From Candidatus Kerfeldbacteria bacterium (lineage in GTDB: Bacteria; Patescibacteriota; Patescibacteriia; JACPL01): a stretch of 64,000 nucleotides of DNA. The notes beneath the pieces are model-generated. The model was not told the DNA's origin, searched no databases, and saw nothing but the letters and a program-made list of their open reading frames with translations. Where the stretch lies: NCBI GenBank assembly GCA_016182525.1, contig JACPGL010000029.1, positions 22,997-86,996 of the forward strand. Direction: 5' to 3'. Made by a program: the position numbers and the translations under genes. Positions 43,691 through 51,671 of the stretch are shown piece after piece (the first letter of the stretch is position 1; the number at the start of each line of letters is the position of its first letter).

Positions 43691-44776
43691 TTAGGATTTT
43701 TGTGAAGAAGGTTGAGGGGTGGAGGTATCAAGCCGTTGAATATGGCTGCGCCCGCGCATCGCTTCGATGGTCCGTTGTAACCCATCCTCAAGCGAGACCA
43801 CAGGGAACCACCCGAGCGCGTCGCGAGCCTTGTCTACATCTGGCACTCCTTGGCGTTGATGGTAGGGCAATGGGTCAGCAAATTGAACGCTGGACGTCGA
43901 TTGAGCAAGGTGAATCACGTGATCGGCAAGCGCTCGGATCGTCAGTGGTTCAGGGTTTCCGATATTCACCGGACCCGCCTCTCGAGATGCCATCACTTTC
44001 ATGAGCCCTTCAATACAGTCCGAAACATAGCAAAATGTGCCAGTTTCCGAGCCTGTTCCATAGATCGTGAGCGGCGTGTTCGAAAGAGCAGATTCAACAA
44101 AATCCGGGATGAGCCGCCCATCCCCCAGTTTCATCTTTGGACCATAGGTATTAAAGACGCGAACGACTTTTGTGTCAAGTTTTTCCGCCATCCGATAGTT
44201 CATGCACAAACTCTCGGCAAATCGCTTTCCTTCGTTATAGCAACTTCGAGGCCCCATCGGATCCACATAGCCCCAATAATCCTCCTTCGTCGGCGCATCA
44301 AGGAGCGGCGAACCATACACGGCCGAAGACGACGTAAAAACGACTTTTGCTGAATACTTTTTCGCAACATCAAGCACGTTTTTGGTTCCCAGTGCGCTCG
44401 TCAAAATGGTCGGAAGCGGAAATTTTTCATAATAGGCAGGAGAGGTTGGGCACGCGAGATGATAGATTTCTTGAATGCCCTGAAAACGCACTTTGAATTT
44501 TTCTAAAATCGGATACTTTTGAATATCAGCCAAATCAAACGGCTCGGTAATATCATGTCGAATAAACTCGAAATTATAGTGCCGGAGAAACTCATCAATG
44601 TTATCCTCTATGCCCGAAACAAAGTTATCAATGCAAATCACATTCCGATTTTCAAGAAGCCGTTCGGTGAGGTGAGACCCAATAAACCCAGCGCCTCCGG
44701 TAATGATGACGTTCGGGCGTTCAAAAACTGGATTCTTTTTTCCCATGGTGTTCTGAATAGATTCCGCGAGCATCAT
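43691..44776 (-). CDS. UXS/ArnA-family NAD-dependent sugar-nucleotide decarboxylase/dehydratase paralog (divergent, with an insertion and a C-terminal tail)
   Basis: [13 protein letters not shown]...DNFVSG...YHLACPTSPAYY...TSSSAVYG...EDYWGYVDPMGPRSCYNEGKRFAES is a UXS-like core with an extra ~25-aa insertion. Confidence 0.6.
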   Translation of the reverse strand: MMLAESIQNTMGKKNPVFERPNVIITGGAGFIGSHLTERLLENRNVICIDNFVSGIEDNIDEFLRHYNFEFIRHDITEPFDLADIQKYPILEKFKVRFQGIQEIYHLACPTSPAYYEKFPLPTILTSALGTKNVLDVAKKYSAKVVFTSSSAVYGSPLLDAPTKEDYWGYVDPMGPRSCYNEGKRFAESLCMNYRMAEKLDTKVVRVFNTYGPKMKLGDGRLIPDFVESALSNTPLTIYGTGSETGTFCYVSDCIEGLMKVMASREAGPVNIGNPEPLTIRALADHVIHLAQSTSSVQFADPLPYHQRQGVPDVDKARDALGWFPVVSLEDGLQRTIEAMRGRSHIQRLDTSTPQPSSQKS

Positions 44777-45476
44777 TCAGACGAACGCGGAGAAGGTCGC
44801 GAAATGTTTTGAGATACCCTGACGGACGAACTTTGGAACGTGTATCGTTCTTCCACTGAACCGGGACTTCTCGAATCCTCAGTCCATGTTTTTTTGCGAC
44901 AAAGAGGAGTTCGAAATCACTTCCCCATCCATCAATAGTCAGTTTTGTGAGGATTGGTCGAATTGCACTTGAATAGAGCTTAAACCCGCACTGCGTATCT
45001 TTGATTCCAGGGAGAAGAAGGAGTTGAATAAGACGGTTGCCGAACCGACCAAGCATCACCTTCCATTGCGATTGCGATTCAAGAATGCGCGACTCTGCGA
45101 GAGCGCGAGACCCAATGATCGCATCGGCCTCACGTTGGTGTTTCAGGAGTTTCAGAACCTCTGAAATGCGCGTAGAGGAATCGGCATCCATCACCAGAAT
45201 CCATTCGCCTTTCGCTTCTGCAATTCCAGTTCGGACAGCCCAGCCTTTGCCGTGGTTCTTTCCATCTCCCAGGATCTGAATACGAGGATCATGTAGTGCA
45301 TCGACAACCGCCCGTGTTCTGTCGGTGCTTCCATCATCGACGACAAGGATCTCGCTCTCTTGCCCTGCATATCCTTTCTGCATCAAAAACTGAAGGATAT
45401 CCCTAAGCGTTGAGCCAATTCGATGTTCTTCATTCCACGCAGGAACGACAATTGAAATTTTCAACATACCGCTCAT
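44721..45476 (-). CDS. GT2 polyprenyl-phosphate glycosyltransferase (Dpm1/GtrB-like, soluble form)
   Basis: LKISIVVPAWNEEHRI...LVVDDGSTDRT...VMDADSST is the GT-A core. The ATG at 45474-45476 was used as the start; an alternative lies at 45467. The listed ORF starts at a GTG. Confidence 0.75.
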   Translation of the reverse strand: MSGMLKISIVVPAWNEEHRIGSTLRDILQFLMQKGYAGQESEILVVDDGSTDRTRAVVDALHDPRIQILGDGKNHGKGWAVRTGIAEAKGEWILVMDADSSTRISEVLKLLKHQREADAIIGSRALAESRILESQSQWKVMLGRFGNRLIQLLLLPGIKDTQCGFKLYSSAIRPILTKLTIDGWGSDFELLFVAKKHGLRIREVPVQWKNDTRSKVRPSGYLKTFRDLLRVRLNDARGIYSEHHGKKESSF

Positions 45477-45490
45477 ACTATACCAAAATA

Positions 45491-45955
45491 TCACTCATTT
45501 TGCAAGGTCTTTGGGACATGTCGGAATGTCCAATGGCGAGTCATGAGAAAATTCCATCCGAGATTTGCACAAAGCGCTATGAGCTTTCCAAAAAGGTCAT
45601 GAAATCCAAAGATGAGCACGGAAACAGAAAGAGCGGTCTGGTTAATCCCAAATCCAACAGAATAAACCAAAAAAAACTTTACAAATTTCTTCGAAACCTC
45701 AGTGGAAGTATCACGAAATGTCCAACGGCGATTCAACACGAACGCAACGGAAACAGCAAGTAAGAAAGCGAAAAGATTTGCGACGAGGAAGTGTTCACGA
45801 AAGAAGTCAAACGCTCGAGTTAAAAAAAGATAGGAAAAAAAATCAATGGCTGTATTGACCACACCGATAATCGTGAACTTCACGAACTGCCGCGCAATAA
45901 GATGCGATCGTAAAATAGGAAGTGAGACAACTCGCTTTCGTATCCGATGGATCAT
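45491..45955 (-). CDS. GtrA-family small polytopic membrane protein (lipid-linked sugar flippase-like)
   Basis: The protein is 154 aa with 4 TM. The FVKFTIIGVVNTAIDFFSYLFL...LNRRWTF motif is typical of GtrA. It is adjacent to a GtrB-like GT2. Confidence 0.75.
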   Translation of the reverse strand: MIHRIRKRVVSLPILRSHLIARQFVKFTIIGVVNTAIDFFSYLFLTRAFDFFREHFLVANLFAFLLAVSVAFVLNRRWTFRDTSTEVSKKFVKFFLVYSVGFGINQTALSVSVLIFGFHDLFGKLIALCANLGWNFLMTRHWTFRHVPKTLQNE

Positions 45956-47160
45956 AAGGGCTCTCGCATATCAAGAGTCACGGTTCCTTCTTTCGAAAGT
46001 CCATCGCGGACGTACGAAATCTGGAGAGTATCCCCTGCCCGATGCTTTTGGATCTCATCCTGCAGTCTGACTCGCCCGCTCAAAGAAACGCCATCCACGG
46101 CAAGAAGAATATCCCCTTCTTGCAATCCGGCTCGATCGGCAGGTCCGCCCGTGATCACAGCGGGATGTTCTGCAGTGCGAACCAAAAGAGCGCCAGATGT
46201 GCGCCCGTCACGCAGGGTATCGGGGATATTCAACGCTTGTGCAAGATCAATGTACTGCACGCCTAATCGGGGACGCTCAATCGATTTTCCTTGGATGACG
46301 TTATCGAAGATCGGCAATACGTGGGACACAGGAATACCGCGCGCGAGAGCACTTTCTCCGGATGTTGAAAGCCCGAGAATCTTTCCGTCTGCCGTCGAGA
46401 TCGGCGCACCATTAAGTGAGGAGGTGAAGGGAGTCGAGATCATGAATTCCCCGCGAAGGTCTTCGGCGGTTAAAAGCGCATCTTGAAACGAGCTGGGAAT
46501 GGTGACGTACTGGCCTTGAAGCGCTGTTGGGAGTATTGCTCCATTTTTTGCCAAACCGCTATGACTCACCAAAAAGACTGTTGATCCAAGCGTTTCATCT
46601 TCAGGATTTCCAAATTGGGCAACAGAGAGATCAGAAGCATCAATGGAGAAAAAGATGAACCGACTCGCAGGATCGCGGGACACATCTTTCACGTCGAATT
46701 GCCGATGGTCGTGCGTCACGGCAACCAAAGGTGCGACAGGATCCTGGATGACACCACTGTGAGTCAACGCCAACCCATCTGATGTCACAATAACGGCATA
46801 CCCCAGAAAATTCTCCGCCGTGAACACATCCTGAATCTGGCCGGTGTTTTTTCGTGTAAAAAGTGCAAGTGTTTGAGGAAGCACGCGCTCTCGCAAATCA
46901 CGAAGCTCGGACTGCTCCTCTGCAACTGTCTTCGTCTCTTGGATAATGCGAACTTCAGTTTCCTGAGGAAGACGAAAAAATTTCAAGAAAGGCGAAGAAG
47001 AATAGTACGTCAGAGCAACGCGAAGCAGGGCAAGCGCAAGAACTCCTCCAATCATGCCCGAAAGGATACTGACAACAAGAATGCGGCGCCAGCGAGACGG
47101 TGAGCTTTTGTCCTCATCAACGCGAACTTTTGGTGATGTTGGAGAAGGTTGAACTTTCAT
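45952..47160 (-). CDS. HtrA/DegP-like trypsin-fold protein with an N-terminal TM anchor and a C-terminal PDZ domain; the catalytic Ser motif appears degenerate
   Basis: The ATG at 47158-47160 gives MKVQ. A His region (GLALTHSG) and a PDZ domain (GGPADRAGLQEGDILLAVDG) are present. The expected GNSGGP motif aligns to SLNGAP. Confidence 0.55.
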   Translation of the reverse strand: MKVQPSPTSPKVRVDEDKSSPSRWRRILVVSILSGMIGGVLALALLRVALTYYSSSPFLKFFRLPQETEVRIIQETKTVAEEQSELRDLRERVLPQTLALFTRKNTGQIQDVFTAENFLGYAVIVTSDGLALTHSGVIQDPVAPLVAVTHDHRQFDVKDVSRDPASRFIFFSIDASDLSVAQFGNPEDETLGSTVFLVSHSGLAKNGAILPTALQGQYVTIPSSFQDALLTAEDLRGEFMISTPFTSSLNGAPISTADGKILGLSTSGESALARGIPVSHVLPIFDNVIQGKSIERPRLGVQYIDLAQALNIPDTLRDGRTSGALLVRTAEHPAVITGGPADRAGLQEGDILLAVDGVSLSGRVRLQDEIQKHRAGDTLQISYVRDGLSKEGTVTLDMREPL

Positions 47161-47164
47161 ATTT

Positions 47165-47926
47165 TTACGCCCACGGTGCACTAAGGAGTGCGATCGCAAT
47201 CGTTGCGCACCCGATAATCAGATACCGTTTGAGCACTGATCGATCGAGCGCGTGCACATAATAATAGCGCGATACATTGACGATCATGTAATACAGGGAG
47301 GTGAGCACAAGTCCCGCAACAGACATGCCAAGCGGTGAAAGCGCTAACACCCAAAAGCTTTCGACAAGAACAATACTGATGATGAGGATGGACACTTTTG
47401 ACTGACCAAAGGGAATCATGCTCACGGCCATTGCGGAAAGCGTTGAAAGCGTGACCCCAAGGAGCCACACGAGAAGCAGCGCCCACACCGGTTGATTTAA
47501 AAAGCGAAGCAAGCCGAATAGCGCGCTCCCCATAAAAAACATCGCGAGAATGTTGAGCGAACTGGTGGTGTTGGCAAGTGATCGCGGCTGAAAGCGTTCC
47601 TGATCGTAATGAAACGAATAATAGCTATCCAGAAAAACGCCGAGAAGGCCGGCCGTGACAAGGAGACTTGCAAAAAAGATCACGGGCTGCTCAACAAAAA
47701 GCAAAAATCCAAATAACCCGAATATAACGAGCGGCGGCGTAAGATAAAATTCAATAATGGAGGCGATCGAAAAACCTTGATGAATAGCGATGAGCACAAG
47801 GAGGATCCCAAATCCTGAGGCAAGAAGAATCACATGCCAAAATGCAGGGAAAAAATACAACAGAACCCCTGATCCTGTCAAAAGAACCGGACTCACATAC
47901 ACAAGAAGACGAAGAAAGAGAATCAT
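47165..47926 (-). CDS. Polytopic integral membrane protein, function unknown
   Basis: It has ~7 hydrophobic helices. The ATG at 47924-47926 (MILFLRLLVY) was chosen because it avoids a 107-nt overlap with the upstream gene. The listed ORF extends to 48037. Confidence 0.4.
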   Translation of the reverse strand: MILFLRLLVYVSPVLLTGSGVLLYFFPAFWHVILLASGFGILLVLIAIHQGFSIASIIEFYLTPPLVIFGLFGFLLFVEQPVIFFASLLVTAGLLGVFLDSYYSFHYDQERFQPRSLANTTSSLNILAMFFMGSALFGLLRFLNQPVWALLLVWLLGVTLSTLSAMAVSMIPFGQSKVSILIISIVLVESFWVLALSPLGMSVAGLVLTSLYYMIVNVSRYYYVHALDRSVLKRYLIIGCATIAIALLSAPWA

Positions 47927-47930
47927 GCGC

Positions 47931-48566
47931 TCATTTGATAATGAATTGAATTTCGCCGTCGCGGAGTTCAACATCTTTGACCGTACTCGCAAGCAGAATT
48001 TCGGTTCCAAATGTTTGGGCAAGTACGGATGTTGCAATGCTTTTCTGAAGAAACCGAGGGATAGAGACGGCGCCGAGTTTCATTGAAGTCACATCGAACT
48101 GAATTCCATCAGCCGCATTGATCGTCGCTTCGAATAAGAGGACGAACCGGTCATCTGGCCCAAACACTCGAAGGTATTCCATCCCTTCCGGTACAAGGAC
48201 GACTTGACTGACGGTATCGTCTTCGGATTGAAGACGGCGAGTGAGTTCAGCTTCGGTAAACTTCAGATCGACACCGTTGAATCCAATCGTGAACCTTTCG
48301 GCGATCGTCGATGAATCATTCTCACTCGCGACCACTCGGCGCGTGGGAACAGGCGCTTTGTAGACAAGATCCGAAAGAATCGGAATGGTGAACAGACCCG
48401 AAGCCGCAACAAACCACAAAGCGACACTGAGTATACCGAAAAAGACAAGAAATATCAAGGCGCGGAACGCCTGATGCATCCATCGAAAGGGATGAAATCC
48501 AATCCGCGATTTGGGCGGTGAAACAGACATGACCAATGGTTGCTCTTGTGTTTTTGAAACTCGCAT
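47931..48566 (-). CDS. Hypothetical bitopic membrane protein (211 aa) with an extracytoplasmic domain
   Basis: It has an N-terminal TM (ALIFLVFFGILSVALWFVAASGLF). No family was recognised. Confidence 0.45.
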   Translation of the reverse strand: MRVSKTQEQPLVMSVSPPKSRIGFHPFRWMHQAFRALIFLVFFGILSVALWFVAASGLFTIPILSDLVYKAPVPTRRVVASENDSSTIAERFTIGFNGVDLKFTEAELTRRLQSEDDTVSQVVLVPEGMEYLRVFGPDDRFVLLFEATINAADGIQFDVTSMKLGAVSIPRFLQKSIATSVLAQTFGTEILLASTVKDVELRDGEIQFIIK

Positions 48567-48567
48567 A

Positions 48568-49608
48568 TTAATAGGTCAGCCCATCTTTTTCGGAAACACG
48601 CTTCGCGCTATCCGAGCGGAGATCATAGACCATAACGGTCGTAGTACTTCCCTGAACCTCTTTATAGAGGACGGATTCATCAATGATCCGGACATCAAAG
48701 CCATTTTCCGAGATGGTTTGTGACGTTTTTGAAGCGAGCGAATAGACAAGCAGTTTTTGCCCACTCTGTTGATCGTCGAGCGCATACACGAGCGACGTAG
48801 AGTCAGCGGACAATTCGCCAGTAACGCCGGTCGTTTTTGGTAGAGAGATATTCCCCACGCGCGCCAGCGTCCCAGTTGAATCAAGCGTCGCAAGATCAAG
48901 CACGCCATCAAACTCGGCGAAAACAAGAAATGCGCTCCCTCCGGTTTCTCCGACAAAGCTCCACACAGCGCTTGAAAGCGCTGTCGGCTCTCCAAATGTG
49001 CCGTCAAGATTCCGCAAGCGAATAGCCAGCTCACTCTGCCCCTTTTCGTTTTTCGAAAGAGTGGCGATCCCGCGCCCATCACGAAGCCATCGCGCTTCCT
49101 GAATGTCGCTCGCAATTCTCTGCCGTTCTTTTGAGGCAATGCGGATGACTGATCCGCTGAGTATTCCCTCTGAACCTCGCTCGAGCAAAAAAAGCGCTTT
49201 GTCGTCCGGAGAAAGCGCAAAATCAACCACTTCGAGTTTCCCCTCACTGACCCTCGACTCTGCGCCATTACTCTCCGCAATCCACACACTCCAGAACGGA
49301 TCGTCAAACGTTGAAAAAGCGATGAACTTCCCTGACGGCGAACGAACCACACGCTGTTCATCTCGATCGGGCGTTTCGCGCTGAACTTCAGTCCCTACAT
49401 CCGGCAAGACAAGATAGAGATCTGATTTCTTGTTCTCGGTGCGAATCAGCGGGATCATCTTATCAAAAGGAGGATACGTTGATGACTGCTGTGTGATCCG
49501 GGCTTCTGGAAGTTGAGACGGGAGAAAAAATACAAAAATACCGACGAGGAATGCGCACATAAAGAGAATTCCGAACAACCAACGAGTCATAAGGGTTTTC
49601 CCTTCCAA
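48568..49608 (-). CDS. TolB-like/PD40 beta-propeller protein with an N-terminal signal anchor
   Basis: It has an N-terminal TM and then repeated SPDGK/SPSGK...F motif blades (VRSPSGKFIAFST, ALSPDDKALFLL). Confidence 0.5.
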   Translation of the reverse strand: MEGKTLMTRWLFGILFMCAFLVGIFVFFLPSQLPEARITQQSSTYPPFDKMIPLIRTENKKSDLYLVLPDVGTEVQRETPDRDEQRVVRSPSGKFIAFSTFDDPFWSVWIAESNGAESRVSEGKLEVVDFALSPDDKALFLLERGSEGILSGSVIRIASKERQRIASDIQEARWLRDGRGIATLSKNEKGQSELAIRLRNLDGTFGEPTALSSAVWSFVGETGGSAFLVFAEFDGVLDLATLDSTGTLARVGNISLPKTTGVTGELSADSTSLVYALDDQQSGQKLLVYSLASKTSQTISENGFDVRIIDESVLYKEVQGSTTTVMVYDLRSDSAKRVSEKDGLTY

Positions 49609-49611
49609 CGT

Positions 49612-50796
49612 CTATTCATATCGAAGCGCCCATAGGGGATTCAACCGCGAGGCGCGCCACGACGGATACAAACCGGTGATAAACCCAAGTAAAACCGATA
49701 AGATAAGCATCGCAACGGCAAGATCGAGATTCACAATAAAGAGTTGAACCGTTTCACCTCCATATCGCTCGGCGAGGATATTAATACCACTATTTGCAAG
49801 AAATCCTACCAACCATCCTGCGCCAATTCCGATCACCCCGCCAATCAAACCCACCACAAGCGCTTCTGATAAAAAAATAGCCATCACGTCGCGATTCGTC
49901 GCACCGACCGATTTCATAATCCCAATGTCGCGCGTGCGTTCAAGCAGAGAAATCGTGAGGGTATTGAACATGCCGATTGACGCAACGACGAGCGCAATCA
50001 CACCAAAGATCGCCAGGATCACTTTCACAACATTAAAAACCACCGTCACTTCGGTGAGCGTGTCGGCCGGCGACTCCACAAAATATCCCATATCCTGAAT
50101 CGTTGTGCGAGTTGATGCAAGCAACTCAGGAGCTTTCGCAAGAGCTTTCACACTACTGTATTCACCGAACTCAACATCGGCAAGAGATGAAAGCGGAGCG
50201 AAAAGATAATTCTCATCTTCCGTTTCAACAACCCCATGGACGGTGTATGTTTTTTCTTTCCGAACAACGTCCGTTGTTCCTTTGACCGGAATAAAAATCG
50301 CGAGCCCAATTTCTTTGCCGAGAATCTCACTTGTGTTCTCGTATCCAAGAAGCTTTGAAAGCGTTGAGGAAACAACAACCCCGCCCGTGGCATCGGTAAA
50401 ATAGTCCCCACTCGCAAGCGTATTCACCTCAAGTTTGGCAAATTTTGATTCAACGCTATGGAGAACACTCTCCGTTGTGGTCTCGCCAAGCGTTGCCTGC
50501 ACTGAAAAACTTGCGCGCGGGCTCACCGATTCGATCGATTCGATGTCCTTGAATTTCTTTACCGTCTCTGCGTCAAGCTTCAAAATGTCGGATTTGCCCT
50601 TTGATACGTTCAAGAGGCGAAGTGCTTCTGATGAGGTAATCTGTTTCACCGTAATTTCTTCAAGCCCGCGCCCCAAAGAAACCAAAAACACAATGGCGCC
50701 GATCCCAATCACGACAGCGCCGACGGTTAAGAATGTTCGCAGTTTATTCGAACGGAACGTATCTTTGGCAATGTAAAATACGTCAATGGGCTTCAT
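49612..50796 (-). CDS. ABC transporter permease, FtsX/MacB family (large periplasmic domain between TM1 and TM2)
   Basis: The N-terminal TM is followed by a ~220-aa extracytoplasmic domain and then a 3-TM FtsX-like C-terminus. The protein is 394 aa. Confidence 0.85.
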   Translation of the reverse strand: MKPIDVFYIAKDTFRSNKLRTFLTVGAVVIGIGAIVFLVSLGRGLEEITVKQITSSEALRLLNVSKGKSDILKLDAETVKKFKDIESIESVSPRASFSVQATLGETTTESVLHSVESKFAKLEVNTLASGDYFTDATGGVVVSSTLSKLLGYENTSEILGKEIGLAIFIPVKGTTDVVRKEKTYTVHGVVETEDENYLFAPLSSLADVEFGEYSSVKALAKAPELLASTRTTIQDMGYFVESPADTLTEVTVVFNVVKVILAIFGVIALVVASIGMFNTLTISLLERTRDIGIMKSVGATNRDVMAIFLSEALVVGLIGGVIGIGAGWLVGFLANSGINILAERYGGETVQLFIVNLDLAVAMLILSVLLGFITGLYPSWRASRLNPLWALRYE

Positions 50797-51671
50797 TTCT
50801 TCGTGCGTTTTCTCATCAAAATTTCACGCGCAAGATCAACTTCTTGATGAAATTCTTTCGGATTGATGTGAAGGGCTCGCGCCTGTGCATCGAGTTCAGA
50901 TCGGCGAGACTCCCGAGCCAGTTTTCGTGCTTCGCGGGTCAGACGAACATCTTGAATTTCTTTTTCTGATCGCTGCTGCTCTATCGATTTAATGATTTCT
51001 CCATCGCGCATATACAATACGCGATCGCCGTAATGCAAGTAATCAGGATTATGCGTGACGAGCAAAATCGTACGCTTGGATTTGCGATTGAGATCATGAA
51101 AAATCGCCATAATTTCTTCGGCCGTTGCCGAATCCACGTTCCCGGTTGGCTCATCGGCCAGAAGAATCCACGGGTTGTTCACGAGAGCGCGCGCAATCGC
51201 CACCCGCTGCTGCTGCCCTCCAGACAGTTCGGCTGGCCGATGGGAATAATATTCGCCAAGTCCCACCTCGCGAAGCAGCTCTTTGGCTCGGTGTTGGCGC
51301 GTTGACCGCCGTACGCCTCGGAAGAGCTCGGGCAGCGCAACATTATTCACGATATTCATGGTTTTGAGCAAGTTGAACTGCTGAAACACAATCCCGATTT
51401 TCTCGCGCCGGTGCCGCGCAAGCTGACTCATCGAAAGATGCGTTAAATCCTCTCCGCGGATCCGCACAACGCCTTTTGTGGGCGGTTCTAATCCTGCGAT
51501 GACGTTCAAAAGCGTGGACTTGCCGCATCCTGACGGACCGAACAAAATCACATACTCCCCAGGATGCACCGAAAAATCGATATTTTTCAGCGCGTGCAAC
51601 ACATTCTTCCCTAAAAAAAATTCTTTGGTGACGTTTTTCAGTTCAATCACTGGAGTGGAGTTCCGTGTCAT
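50793..51671 (-). CDS. ABC transporter ATP-binding protein (MacB/LolD/FtsE-like) with a ~70-aa charged C-terminal extension
   Basis: It carries Walker A (GPSGCGKST), the signature [15 protein letters not shown] and Walker B ([12 protein letters not shown]). The ATG at 51669-51671 overlaps the stop of the giant gene (ATGA). Confidence 0.9.
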   Translation of the reverse strand: MTRNSTPVIELKNVTKEFFLGKNVLHALKNIDFSVHPGEYVILFGPSGCGKSTLLNVIAGLEPPTKGVVRIRGEDLTHLSMSQLARHRREKIGIVFQQFNLLKTMNIVNNVALPELFRGVRRSTRQHRAKELLREVGLGEYYSHRPAELSGGQQQRVAIARALVNNPWILLADEPTGNVDSATAEEIMAIFHDLNRKSKRTILLVTHNPDYLHYGDRVLYMRDGEIIKSIEQQRSEKEIQDVRLTREARKLARESRRSELDAQARALHINPKEFHQEVDLAREILMRKRTKK

